Source: Planktothrix sp. GU0601_MAG3 (GTDB taxonomy: Bacteria; Cyanobacteriota; Cyanobacteriia; Cyanobacteriales; Microcoleaceae). Taken from it: DNA of 64,000 nt. Both the position numbers and the translations under genes were made by a program. The stretch is from contig CP136572.1 of NCBI GenBank assembly GCA_035193785.1, forward strand, positions 2,260,578-2,324,577, written 5' to 3'. Below the pieces are notes generated by a model that saw only the letters and a program-made list of their open reading frames with translations, was not told the origin of the DNA and made no database searches. Within the stretch, counting starts at the first letter, position 1. Each line of letters starts with the position of its first letter. Below are positions 12,926 through 24,790 of this stretch, one piece after another.

Positions 12926-14153
12926 ATGCAGTTGCCCATGTACTATCCTTCTTCGTTCAGAGACAGTGAAAATAGTTTACCGCACCTGCTCAAAACCCAT
13001 GAAATGCCTGCATTTCCCGAAAAACAGTCCCCGTCCCCAGAAGTCCCCTTGCAACTTCTTTTATTTGTTGATCAGCGTCCTAGCTCCCAAGAGCGGATTC
13101 GGCGAATTCGTGATTTCCTAGAGGAGTTAAATACTCAGGATCAATTTGAACTTCAGATTATTGACGTCGGTGAACAGCCCTATTTAGCCGAACATTTTAA
13201 ACTGATAGCCACACCCACCCTAATTAAAATTCACCCCGAACCTCGACAGGTTCTCGCGGGTAGTGATTTGGTGGCTCAACTGGAACATTGGTGGCTCCGT
13301 TGGAAACAAACGACGGAGTTATTGGAGTTGAATAAACAACAGCCTTCTGCTGCGAATTCCGGTTCTCCCGCCACGGATTTTGCCAATTCGGTAGCCCATG
13401 TTACTGAATTAATTAAACTTAGTGACGAGATATTTAACCTGCAACAAGAAAATGAACTTTTACAGCAACAATTACAGTTTAAAGATCGAATTATAGAAAT
13501 TTTAGCCCATGATTTACGCAGTCCTCTGACGGCGACTTCCTTGGCTATAGAAACTCTATCTTCTGATCAAATTACTGCGGCTTTGAAGGTGCGTTTGATT
13601 CAACAGGCTCGCGCTCAAATTCAGATTATTGATCGGATGATTACGGATATTTTACAGACATCAAATAGTCCTAATATTCGCTTACAAATTCAACCGAATC
13701 AGTTAGAATTAACGGCTTTTCTACACCAAATTTTAGCGGAGTTAGACTCGCAGTTTCAGTCTAAATCGTTAAATCTAAAAACCGATATTCCCCATGATAC
13801 CCCTTGGGTTTATGCTGATCCAGAACGAATTCGGCAAGTGATTGTTAATTTATTAGATAATGCAATTAAATATACTCCCCGGGGCGGAAACCCTGGAAGT
13901 GAGTGTGTTACACCGCACCAGTCAAAAGGTACAGGTGAGTATTGCCGATAGTGGGCCAGGAATTCCTGAAGAAAATCGCGATCGCATTTTCCAAGAAGGT
14001 TTTCGTTTAGCCCGGGATGAAGCTCAGGATGGTTATGGTATTGGTTTATCCCTATGTAAAAAAATTATTGCCGCTCACTATGGCAATATTTGGGTCGATT
14101 CTAGTTCCACCCGAGGCAGTTGTTTTCACTTTACCTTACCAGTTTATTATTAA
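12926..14153 (+). CDS. sasA: Adaptive-response sensory kinase SasA (frameshift at GAAAC 13887; true start may be downstream)
   Basis: KaiB-like N-terminal domain ([18 protein letters not shown]), His[12 protein letters not shown], HATPase [19 protein letters not shown]. Confidence 0.92.
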
Positions 14154-14183
14154 GGTTGGGGAGGGAACAGATAGAAATTTGAC

Positions 14184-14597
14184 CTAGGGATTATTTCTCA
14201 ACGCGGCAATAATTTTTTCATTGGCTTTAGGAAAGGGAAATTGATCAATTTCATCTAAAGTAACCCAGCGAATTTCATCACATTCTAAAGGCTGGGGTTC
14301 TCCACCCAAATAACGACAGTGATAAACATTTAAAGTTACTTTAAAATGGGTATAGGCGTGTTCAATGGTCATTAAATGATCTTCGACTGCGATTTCAATA
14401 GCTAATTCTTCTTGAATTTCCCGTTTAATACAATCTTCTAGGGTTTCCCCCAGTTCTAATTTTCCTCCAGGAAATTCCCACAGTCCCCCCAGTGAACCCT
14501 CGGCACGTCGTTTATCAATTAAAATTTGTTTTTGATGATTCCAAATCACACCAACACCAATAATTTTATGGGGTAAGGGAGATGATATTTCAAGCAT
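14184..14597 (-). CDS. mutT: MutT-type Nudix hydrolase
   Basis: WEFPGGKLELGETLEDCIKREIQEEL Nudix box; FPKAN. Confidence 0.85.
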   Translation of the reverse strand: MLEISSPLPHKIIGVGVIWNHQKQILIDKRRAEGSLGGLWEFPGGKLELGETLEDCIKREIQEELAIEIAVEDHLMTIEHAYTHFKVTLNVYHCRYLGGEPQPLECDEIRWVTLDEIDQFPFPKANEKIIAALRNNP

Positions 14598-14714
14598 AGG
14601 AAGATAATAATTTACTTAAATGAAAAACACAAAATTTTGGCAAACTCAAGATTTAGCTTGCCAAAATTTGAAACATTTTGTATTCATAGAATGGCACGGA
14701 ATCAAGGATGATAA

Positions 14715-15056
14715 CTATTCTTCAGTGGCTTTTTCAATGCCTGGGACAGAGCGTTCAAATGCCATTCTTTGTTCAGCATTGCGCAGAAAATAGCCACTAA
14801 TCATCGCCGACGCTAAGAGTCGTCCTAAATGTTCACGACTGGTTGTTACCGTAATCCCAAAATGTTCGGAGGGTAAATTGCCCAATAGTCCCACAATATT
14901 CCGCTCCATAACTTGGAAGACTTCCGAAGAATTCGGTTTAGACAGTTGGGAAACGGTATCGGGACTCATGGATTGGACATATTGCCACAGGAGGTTCCCC
15001 ATTTCTCCAGTTTCTTCCTGAAAAAATTCTGAATTGCGGCTAGATCGGTCGTTCAT
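14715..15056 (-). CDS. DUF760 family protein
   Basis: NLLWQYVQSMSP..LLGNLPSEHF..LLASAMISGYFLRNAEQR. Confidence 0.85.
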   Translation of the reverse strand: MNDRSSRNSEFFQEETGEMGNLLWQYVQSMSPDTVSQLSKPNSSEVFQVMERNIVGLLGNLPSEHFGITVTTSREHLGRLLASAMISGYFLRNAEQRMAFERSVPGIEKATEE

Positions 15057-15212
15057 TTTTCTTCCCCCTTATACAAGAGTTTCAGTGAATTTCAATCTGA
15101 ATTAAATGTTTAACTCAATTGACCTCTACACTCTAATTTAGCAGGATGTAGAGATGTTTTCTGAAAACATCCCTACTCTTTGATGGTGTGTTATCCCCCC
15201 TGGATCAATGAT

Positions 15213-16173
15213 TTAACTGGCCATATAGTCATCAATATCTTTTTTTCGTTTTCGCAATTTTGTTAAGGCTTCTCTTTCAATTTGTCGGACTCGTTCCCGA
15301 CTAATATTCAGCCGATCGCCAATTTTAGCTAAGGTTAAACTTTGCCCATTTTCCAAACCAAATCGCAGGGATAATACCTGACGCTGTTGTTTCCGTTAGG
15401 TCAGCCATCATTAATTCTAAATCCGTGCGCAGAGAAGATTGCAAGGCAAAATCCTCGGGAGACGTTCCCGTATCTTCTAAAAGATCGCCTAACTCCGTGT
15501 CTTGGTTATCACCGACCCGCAGATCCAGGGACAGGGGTAAACGGGCACGTTCCAAATATTCCCGAATTTGTCGCGGGGTGAGATCCAATTCCACGGCTAA
15601 TTCCGCCATAGTTGCCGCTCGTCCCAACTTTTGAGCTAACTGACGTTGGGCTTTTTTGATTTTGTTGAGTTTTTCAGTAATATGAATTGGGAGACGAATT
15701 GTACGGCCTTTTTCAGCGATCGCCCGGGTAATCGCCTGACGAATCCACCAGTAGGCATAGGTAGAAAAGCGATATCCTTTAGTGGGATCGAATTTTTCCA
15801 CACCACGCTGCATCCCAATGGTGCCTTCTTGAATTAAGTCTAGTAAGTCTACATTCCGCTTGATGTACTTTTTGGCGACGGACACCACCAAACGCAAATT
15901 CGCCTCCACCATTTTGCGTTTCGCACTTTGGCCCTGTTCCATCACCCGTTCTAATTCCGCTTCCGATAGTCCCGCCGCGATCGCCCATTCTGCGGGACTA
16001 GGCGCTCTACCTAAATGGGTCGCTAGATCTTCCCACTGATTTTGAACGAGATTCAAGCGCTGAACTTGTTTACCATAGACAATTTCTTGTTCATGGGTTA
16101 GCAGGGGAACGCGACCAATTTCTCGTAGATAAGCGCGTACAGAGTCTGTGTCTGAGGTTTTAGCAATTTTCAT
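15213..16173 (-). CDS. sigD: Group 2 sigma-70 factor, SigD-like (frameshift at GTTTC 15389)
   Basis: [43 protein letters not shown]; corrected frame restores region 4 ([10 protein letters not shown]); paralog name less certain than family. Confidence 0.85.
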
Positions 16174-16598
16174 GGCTCATCTCCGGCAGGATACCTTAAC
16201 CTATATAGGTTTGATACGTCAAGCCCCCACTCGAAGCCCGAAGGACTTAGATCTTTCGTCATCGAGTACGGACGGTTAGCCTAGGCATTACGACCTGGGG
16301 TTTTTCCAATGTTTAAGCTCTGTAACTCTGATTTTTGGTCACAGTCTTAACATAACTACATTATATGTTAAGAAGTTTAACATTTCTTAAAATAACTGAC
16401 TATCCCCCCCTTGGGGCCGAGTCGATAAAGGCTAGAGGCTATACTCCTAGGAGGGTAGCCTGTAAAAGTTTTTTTGACTGCATCACATAAAACAAAATCT
16501 TCATCTTCCTCTAACCGTTGATTTCGGTTGACAGGTTCTATCTGAGAAGTTTATGCTTTAATGTTTGGCGGTCTGCTAATTTTGTTTCAAGTTAATCC

Positions 16599-17366
16599 AT
16601 GACTTATTGTTTAGGAATTATTACGGATACGGGTTTTGTGATGGCTTCGGACTCCCGCACGAATGCCGGAGTTGATCATATTTCTACCTATCGAAAGTTA
16701 TTTGATTTTTCTAAGTCTGGCGATCGCGTTATTCTATTATGTACCGCCGGAAATCTTTCTGTTACCCAGGGTATTGTTAGCGAATTAGATCGGGATATCA
16801 AAAGTCAGGAAGATGTTAATTTGCACAGTCTTCCCTCCATGTATGAAGTGGCTCGATATATTGGTACAAAACTCAGAAAAATTCAAGAACTTGATGAAAA
16901 GTGGCTGAAAAAAGATGGCATTGAGCCCCAATGTTCCATGATATTAAGCGGCCAAATCAAAGGACAAGATCCTTGTCTATTTTTGATTTACAGCCAGGGT
17001 AATTTTATTCATGCTACCAGAGAAACGCCTTTTTTACAAATTGGAGAAACCAAATATGGTAAACCCATTTTAGATCGGACTCTAAGTTTCCATACCGATT
17101 TAGAAGCCGCGGCTAAATGTGCCTTACTTTCAATTGATTCTACCATGAAATCCAATATTTCCGTCGGGCCACCGATTGATTTAATTTTATATGAAAAAGA
17201 TAGTTTGGCAGTCAAAAATCGGCTCAGATTTCGTTTAGGAGATCCCTATCTAGCACAAATTCGTAAACTTTGGGAAGAATGTCTAAAACAAGGATTTAAT
17301 CAGATTCCCGATATTGATTGGGAACATCAAGGCAGTGATTTATCAGAAGACATTTTAATTGATTAA
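16599..17366 (+). CDS. Proteasome-type protease (Anbu family)
   Basis: MTYCLG N-terminal Thr, SDSRTNAGVD, QIGETKYGKPILDR, STMKSNISVGPP. Confidence 0.92.
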   Translation: MTYCLGIITDTGFVMASDSRTNAGVDHISTYRKLFDFSKSGDRVILLCTAGNLSVTQGIVSELDRDIKSQEDVNLHSLPSMYEVARYIGTKLRKIQELDEKWLKKDGIEPQCSMILSGQIKGQDPCLFLIYSQGNFIHATRETPFLQIGETKYGKPILDRTLSFHTDLEAAAKCALLSIDSTMKSNISVGPPIDLILYEKDSLAVKNRLRFRLGDPYLAQIRKLWEECLKQGFNQIPDIDWEHQGSDLSEDILID

Positions 17367-17446
17367 ACCATAATAGTCGTTAAATTTAGCCCTATTATTA
17401 TATAGGTTACAAATTAGTATTTTTAGCTAACAGGAGTCAAGATCAA

Positions 17447-18305
17447 ATGAAAATTGGAGTCATTGGAACCGGGTTAATGGGATTACCAATAGCCCTGCGG
17501 ATTCTGGAAATGGGATTTAAAGTTATTGTTTATAACCGCACCACATCGAAAGTAGAACCGTTAAGAGAAGCCGGGGCGATAGTAGCAGGAACTCCTCAAG
17601 GTTTAATCACCGCCAGTGATTGTATTCTGTTAATGTTAACCAATCAAGATGCTATTGAGTCAGTTTTGTTCCGTTCAGAATCGCAATCATTTTTATCAGG
17701 AAAAACAATTATTTCTATGGGAACTATTTCCCCAACGGATAGTAAAAATATCCAAAAAGAAATTATTAAAGCCGGAGGAAATTATTTAGAAGCACCAGTT
17801 TTAGGAAGTATTCCCGAAGCAAAATCCGGTACATTACAAATTATGGTCGGTTTCCACAGAAGCACAATTTAAACAGTGGTTTCATGTCTTACAACCTTTA
17901 GGAGAACCTAAATATATTGGGGAAGTTGGCAGCGCGGCGGCCTTAAAATTAGGCTTAAATCAATTAATTGCTTCCCTAACAACAGCATTCGCCCTAAGTT
18001 TGAATTTTGTTCAAGGTCAAGGAGTAGATATCGAATTATTTATGGAAATTTTGCGCAAAAGTGCCTTATATGCTCCCACCTTTGATAAAAAATTACAACG
18101 AATGTTAGAAGAAAATTATCAAAACCCCAATTTTCCCACCAAACATTTATTAAAAGATACAAATTTGTTTTTAAAAGAAGCAACATCAATGGGGTTAAAT
18201 ACCAGTTCTTTAGAAGGAGTTCGAGCAATATTAGAAGCCACCCAAACCCTGGGAAAATCAGACGAAGATTATTCCGCCTTATTTGCCGCTATTAAACCCT
18301 CCTAA
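17447..18305 (+). CDS. NAD(P)-dependent beta-hydroxyacid dehydrogenase (frameshift at GTTTC 17850)
   Basis: GVIGTGLMG, YNRT, EAPVLGS, FPTKHLLKD. Confidence 0.88.
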
Positions 18306-18310
18306 ACCCG

Positions 18311-18536
18311 CAGGGCTGTTTCATTCTTTGTAGGGGCAATCCCCCCGTGGTTGCCCCCAATCCCCCCGTGGTTGCCCCCAATCCCCCCGTGGTTGCCCCA
18401 ATCCCCCCGTGGTTGCCCCAATCCCCCCGTGGTTGCCCCCAATCCCTGAAACGCCTGCAAATCGTGGATGGGGAGGGTAGGCACGGGGGCACTACCCCTA
18501 CAAAACTCTGGTTTCCCTGAGAATGAAACAGCCCTG
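18311..18536 (+). mobile_element. MITE copy 1 with internal tandem expansion
   Basis: 17-bp TIR CAGGGCTGTTTCATTCT...AGAATGAAACAGCCCTG; CAATCCCCCCGTGGTTGCCC(C) unit repeated 5 times. Confidence 0.85.
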
Positions 18537-18567
18537 GCTAAACCCTACAAACATATTGGGTTAGGGT

Positions 18568-19894
18568 TTAAATATTAACTTCTTCCTCGATTTGTTCTTT
18601 TGATTCTTCTCTAACTTTAAAATACCAATAAAGATTAGCAACGGTTAAATTAGATGATTTTTCTAAATTGGCTAGATTTAATGTTCTATAACCGAAATTT
18701 TCAGCATTTTCACTAACATAAATTTCGGCTTCTTTCCGTAAATCAGAACGCATTAAAAATTTAAGCTGTTGTTTCTAGGGAGGAAGAATGGGATTTTTCT
18801 CTGATATTTTCATAAAAAATCTGTTCGGGTGGTTTATCAATAGTTTTTAAAGATGATTCTAAATTAGAAACAGAATTTAACTCGCCCTCGTTCAAATCAA
18901 CACTTTCTAACAATTTCAAGTCAGAGGGAGGTAAACTGTTGAACCAATCAACTTGATTTTGCCATAGTTCTAAAGCCGCTAGATCATGATTATGAATCCG
19001 GGTAATTTCAGGAAAAATAAAATCTAATTCATCTTGCGTTTGGCAATTTTCAATTACGTTTAAAGCATCTTGACGGACTTTATTTTGAAAATGGGATAGA
19101 CGCTCACTTAATGCTTTAGGTTCTGCTTGTAAATAATAGGTTAAAGCGATCGCTTGTTCAATAATCCAAGCACATTCATATCGTCTCAGTTGACCTGCGG
19201 CTGATGTTTCAGAAAGAATATGGGGACTATTATAAATTGCCAAAGATTCACTTAACGTTTGTCGGGCGTTAGATAATTCGACATTTCTAGCATTAATATC
19301 TTGAATAGAGGTAGCAATTTTTATAAGTTTGGTAGCTTCTAAAAATCGGCTATAAGCTTTAACAAACTCTAAACGGTGTTGATTAAAGGTAATATCTTGA
19401 GCAACTTGATCAATATGTTGAATAACTTCTAATCCTTGATTTCTTAACGCTTGTTTAAGATCAATAAATCCGTCTTTAACTTCTAACTTAAGTTGTTTAA
19501 CATCTTCTCGTAATTTTAAAGTTTGCCATAAATTCACCGCCGAAAGAGCAGCAGTAACAGCTACACCCACACCGATAACAGCAGTAGTCGCTTGTAAAAC
19601 ACCTAAACTGCTTTGTAAACCATTTAACTGTCCTAAAACCGCTTGAAATCCCTGATTATTCTGATATATATTACCTGCTTTTATCACCATATTTCCCCCT
19701 GCTAGAAGGGGGTTAGCAGCAATAAAAGGGGCAAAAGGTGCATTATCAACCGTTAAACTTTTAGCGACTTCAACAAATTTACCCGTTATCGGATCTCTTA
19801 ATATGGGTAAAAGTTGACCTGTATTTGTCGTAGCTTGGATCAGCTTACCCGCAGCCCAAAGAGCTTGATTAGCCGCACTAAAGATGTACTCCAT
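18568..19894 (-). CDS. Hypothetical protein, about 440 aa, with hydrophobic segment and coiled coil (frameshift at GTTTC 18771)
   Basis: Long ORF; removing one base fuses it to the 18568-18753 ORF. Confidence 0.75.
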
Positions 19895-20072
19895 TGCTTT
19901 TCTCCTTTATTTAGTCAGAGTAGAAAGTTAAGAAAATTTAACTTCCGTAAACAATTTATTTTTTTTGTAACCTTTACTACACTTACTTAACTGTAATTTA
20001 ATTTAGAACAGTTTGCTTTTTTATGATACCATAGAACAATTCACAATCTCATAAATTCGATTGAACTGATAT

Positions 20073-22677
20073 ATGGACATCAGCTTAATTAACTCTGAGT
20101 CCCTAGCTTTACTATCACGGATGGCAGGGCAAGATCTCCAGAAAAAAGACGCTACCCCGGCGGTAGTTTTTATGGCGTCGTTGCTGTGCGTGCTGATGGG
20201 CGTTATTTACCAAGATGGTAAAATTACGCCTCAAGAAAGAGAAACGTTGGCAAACTAATCTAACTCGCCTGATTCCTCCTAACAGTAATTTAAAAAAATT
20301 AGTTCCTATTTTTACAAAATATATTCTTTTTTTTGGAATTTATAAAAACTTCAGTGACTTATTATTATTAATGTCTACTTTGTCTGATTCCGAGAAACTA
20401 TTATTAATCGGTTTTGGTTATCAAATGTCTGCTTCCGATGGGGAGATAGAACTTAGGGAGAAAGATTATTTAGAAAACCTGGCCAATCAAATTGATATTG
20501 ATTATCGACATATACAAATTTTTGAATCAGCTTTTAGCGACCTAGTTATTGAAGATCAAGATGCTCTTATTGAAGTTCATAGTTTACTTGATCCGGCGCA
20601 ATTTCAATTGTTAGATAATATTTTTGTTTTAGCCGCTAAAAATATTGTTGAAGTTTTACCCGCCAAACCCAGATTAAAGCGAGATAAAATTCGCGTTTTA
20701 CCTAATTATGAAAATCTTAAACAATTTCAAGAATATCGCCAACAATTAAATAATATTTGTGATCAATTTTATCAAATTATTGCTCAAAATAAGCATCAAA
20801 TCTGGTCTAAAAATTTAATTAATGATATTCAAGAAATTTCCAAGAAAAATCAATTAAAACGGTTTCGTGTAACGGTGGTGGGAGAATTTAGTCAAGGAAA
20901 ATCAACCTTTTTGAATGCCTTAGTCGGTGAAGAAATCCAGCCTGTACGGGAAATTCCTTGTACTGGCGTAGTGAGTATTTTACGATATGGAGAGCAAAAA
21001 CGGGTTATTTGTTGTTATAAAGATGGACGTAAAGAAGATATTGCCATAGAAGATTATCAAGAAAAAGTGAGTATTTCGGAAGAAGCTGCCATTGGAAATT
21101 TAAGCGATGAACTAGCCAATTGTGAAATTGAGGAAATTATTTTTGAACATCCTGATTTAGATATTTGTAGCAGTGGTGTGGAAATTATTGATTCTCCTGG
21201 GTTGAATGAACATCCTGATAGGGAAGCGATTACTCAAAAGATTCTTAAAGATACGGACGCAGCTATTTTTATCACCAGTGCTTCCCGTTGTTTGGCTAAA
21301 TCGGAACGAGATGTAATAGAAGGATTAAAACTTACCTTAAATACAGGATTATCTGATCAACCTGCTAATAATCTTTTTATTTTAGTTAATTTTTGGGATT
21401 TGGTACAAACTGAGAAGGGACGCCATCAAATTCCTAAACGAATTGAAGAAAACATTCAAGGTAAAAAACCCATTATTTCAGGAGAAAATCGAATTCACTA
21501 TATTTCTGCAAAATTAGCCTTAGATGCTATTGTGAATAATGAGCATAATGAATACATAGAAACTTTTGATTATTTTATTAATTGTATTCAAGAATTTTTA
21601 GTGAATGAGCGAGGTAAAATTGAAGTTACCTCTAGTGTAAATCGAATTCAAGCATTAACTGAAATAGCCAATAATGATTTGAAACAGTTTGAGAAAATTT
21701 TGGAGGGAAAGATCAAAATTTCTGAATCGGCAAAACTGGAAATTTTCGAGAAAATTGGAGAAGCTACTGGACGAGATATTAGGATTTTAGAGCAGGCACA
21801 ATATAGTATAGCTATTTCCCAGGAACACGCGGCTGAATCTTGGAATAAATGGGTTGAAAAATTACAAGACCGTATAGCTAAAAAAGTTGATAAATGGACA
21901 TCGAAACACTCACCTTTTGCCGATAAGGAGAAAGTTTTACAGGATTACTGCGAACAATTTACTCAATGTCTTTCTGAAGAAATACAAAATTGGATTGATG
22001 ACTTACAATCAGAAATTTTATCCCAACAGGTAAAAGAGCTAAATAACCTAATTCATTCGGAATTAGAAGCGATTAGAATAGATTTACAAAAATTGGGTAA
22101 TCAACTAGGAATCAATTTAGATGAACAATTTACTAGCAGCATGGCGAGTAATATTAGAGCCAACAATTTGGGAATTAACTCTTTCAGGGCTGGTAGCGAA
22201 AATAATGATGAGGGTGGATTCAATGTATTTGGTGGTTTGGGAGCGGGCGGATTGGCAAGTCTATTACTTACCGTTGCAGGCTTAGGATTTATCCCCGTAA
22301 TCGTTGGGGGTCTAGCGGCTTTCATTGGAGGTTTTTTATTTGGTGTTGGTGGGCCAAATCAAGATGAGGTTTATACTCAGTGTAAGTGGCAGGTATATGA
22401 CTTGGGTTTTAAAAAGTTTTTTGAGTCTCAAGAAGAAACTTTTAATACAATTTTTGAAAATATTGAATTAGTTTATCAAGAACGATATCTTGTGGTTGCT
22501 GATTTTATTGAGCAAGCAATCGCACTCTATGAAAATTTGATTGAGCAACAAGAAGAAGCTCATACTAAAACTTTAGAGGAAAAAGAAAAAACGATTGTTT
22601 GGATTAATCAACAACACCAAAAACTCGAAAAAATTCAAAGTGAACTGGAGGCTATTGTTACTGAATTTACCAGTTAA
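20073..22677 (+). CDS. TerB-like domain fused to dynamin-like GTPase (frameshift at GAAAC 20241)
   Basis: TerB-type QDGKITPQE and SASDGEIELRE motifs; G1 GEFSQGKST, G3 DSPG, G4 NFWD; Gly-rich hydrophobic paddle near C-terminus. Confidence 0.85.
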
Positions 22678-22747
22678 TTAACTAAGGGATGCAACGATAT
22701 TAGAGAATTGCCTCCTCTTTGCTTAAATTTTTATAGAGATTAAACCT

Positions 22748-22906
22748 ATGATGACAGCAGAAAAATATATGCAACTCCTCCAAGATTTTCCTCCTCGCCC
22801 GATTACCTCGGAAGCAGATTTTGCAGCGACTCAAGCTGTGATTAACAGATTACTAGATAAACCCGAACTCATCCCAGAAGAAGAAGACTATAACGATATG
22901 GAGTAA
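22748..22906 (+). pseudogene. Truncated HigA-like antitoxin N-terminal fragment
   Basis: Translates MMTAEKYMQLLQDFPPRPITSEADFAATQAVINRLLDKPELIPEEEDY then stops; no HTH. Confidence 0.6.
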
Positions 22907-22918
22907 ACTCACAACAGC

Positions 22919-23180
22919 TTACTCACTTCTTAATAATCGGTCATACTCTGCATGGGAACCAATCCAAAACCATGCTATCTCACCGTTTTCTTCGACTGCC
23001 AAGGCTCGATAGTGAATTCCAATCCGCACCGACCAGAAACGGCCCCACCTTCTTAAAGTGCAGCGAAGGATATCGAGAATCCAGCTTGAGTAACTCATAG
23101 CATCGATCAGCTAGTTCTTGAATTTCATTCGGTAACTGTTGATAGTAATACCAGAAATCAGGGGTTGCACGATATTTCAC
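22919..23180 (-). CDS. RelE/ParE-like toxin (frameshift at GAAAC 23036)
   Basis: ATPDFWYYYQQLP..YPSLHFKKV; corrected frame gives WSVRIGIHYRALA..WFWIGSHAEYDRLL; GTG overlaps antitoxin stop. Confidence 0.8.
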
Positions 23181-23377
23181 AGGTCGGTACAACGTCCTTC
23201 CCGTAGATGTTGCAGTGCTTGTTTAGCCAGCCCATCGAGCCGACCTGCTGCAACATCTTCTTCAAATTTCCGATCCCATATTTGTGCATCAAATTCTGCA
23301 AACCACACCCGGAAAGCGGCTAGTTCTTCTTTCGTTAATTGACTGACAGCACTTTCAATCTCCTGCAAATTACTCAT
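23177..23377 (-). CDS. Putative antitoxin
   Basis: 66 aa, acidic, WDRKFEEDVAAGRLD..A motif; translationally coupled to toxin. Confidence 0.75.
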   Translation of the reverse strand: MSNLQEIESAVSQLTKEELAAFRVWFAEFDAQIWDRKFEEDVAAGRLDGLAKQALQHLREGRCTDL

Positions 23378-23435
23378 CGAAAATTTGGGTAGAAACCCCG
23401 TCCTTTAGCGAAGCAGAGGACGGCTTTATATTTCT

Positions 23436-24534
23436 TTAACAAGTAATAATTAAACCGTTTGAACGTCTAATTAAGCTTATTTTGCTAAAGGCTATCTGTC
23501 CTAACCGTTTCCAGTTAGCATCGCTGACAGATATTTGTTTTTTGGTTTGACCAGAAACATAGCCAATTCCTTTTGGAGAATTAACTAAATCACCTTTCCT
23601 CAAACCAAATTCTGTTGTAGTGCTGCCATATTTTCTTCTAATGTTACCCTTAGAAGGAACCATTAAATGAAGTTGGCGACGACTAATAGGGGGACGTTTA
23701 ATTACTGCAAAAGGACAAGACGTTATCGTTACATTCCCTTGCCAACTATGTCCATGAGTATTGCTAGAAAAATGAGCTTTATACTCAAGAAAATAATAGC
23801 AAGCTAAAGTAATACCATCTACAGCATGAGATTTGACTGTTGGTTTCTGACTTGTCTTTTGATTTCTCTAACTTCAGATATTTTCTTAGATTAGATGTTT
23901 GCCAACCATAAATAGTATGTACAGTAGCTAATTGACTCAACCAATTAACCATCTGTTTTTGACCTACCATAACGGCTGAAAATCCTTTTCCTGATTTAGC
24001 TCCTTTTCGTCCAGACGTTAAATCAACATCAGCTTTGACGTACTCAAAATAAATGTCGGTAATTGGAAACATTTTAAAAAGCTCTTTTACAACTCGTAAT
24101 TCAAGTTGTCGATTAGCTCTAATTGATGGGGGTAATTTACCTTGCCTACGGTTTGAAAATCGTACTTGACGATGCGCTCTTTGGTTGAAAGGAATATTAC
24201 GGTTAATCCGTCTTCCCCTTCTTCCATGCCGCATCATTCGTCGATTATCCATGCGTTCTCGAACTTTCTTAAAAGGTAATTCAAGATGTCCTGTCCAGAG
24301 GGTAAAATTGGCTGATTGAACACCAATTCCTGAGTACAGCTTCCCAGGATCAATACCGACAGCAATGGGTTGAATTTTGTCGTCAAGTGGTTCAACTTTT
24401 AGTTGGACATAAAATTGTCCTAAATCGTTAAATTTACCAATAGCTTTACCTTCTTTGAGCCATCGTCTAGCTCGACTAGATTTAGTCGGCATTAAAGGTT
24501 GATTATTAGAAGATATTACAGGTACTCTTTGCAT
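23436..24534 (-). CDS. isrB: IsrB (RRXRR family OMEGA RNA-guided nickase, no HNH), about 365 aa (frameshift at GTTTC 23843)
   Basis: PLMP motif, RuvC-I GIDPG, Arg-rich bridge helix, RuvC-II YFEYV, RuvC-III SHAVDG after correction; no HNH insert. Confidence 0.85.
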
Positions 24535-24544
24535 GGAGATAATC

Positions 24545-24755
24545 CTCAAGAGTTAAGTTCATAGTCCCTTTGCCCACCGTTAGAAATATGACTTGTCTTT
24601 AACAACACCTGAACCAATCAGGTTTAGAGGGAATCCGAACTAGGGAAGTATTCGGAGGTCTGTAACATCTAACGGCTCTGCGGGCTATTCACCTCTTGCG
24701 TCAACCGAATTGGTTCGGTCAATCCCCGTCCGTTTTACGGCAGGGTTGGTGAAAC
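24545..24755 (-). ncRNA. omegaRNA (HEARO-like) scaffold upstream of isrB
   Basis: About 200-nt structured non-coding region directly 5' of isrB (ACCGAA..TTCGGT and TCCGAA..TTCGGA stems; TTCACC/GGTGAA pairing); boundaries approximate. Confidence 0.7.
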
Positions 24756-24790
24756 ACTTAAAGTAAATTCAGTAATTAGGAATATGGCTA

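Larger units (their letters stand above)
23378..24755 (-). mobile_element. Non-autonomous IS200/IS605-family isrB element
   Basis: Subterminal hairpins at both ends (CCGTCCT..AGGACGG near 23398-23424; CCCCGTCCG..CGGCAGGG near 24724-24745); no tnpA. Confidence 0.8.

Noticed and set aside
16174..16598. Possible riboswitch or sRNA upstream of the sigma factor
   Set aside because: No recognisable RNA family motif by eye; would need an Rfam search
18337..18445. CRISPR-like array
   Set aside because: Units are directly tandem with no unique spacers; part of a MITE; no cas genes
18292..18492. Short ORFs over MITEs and repeats (also 28653-29081, 40851-41306, 4535-4717, 35140-35376)
   Set aside because: They are translations of repeat sequence
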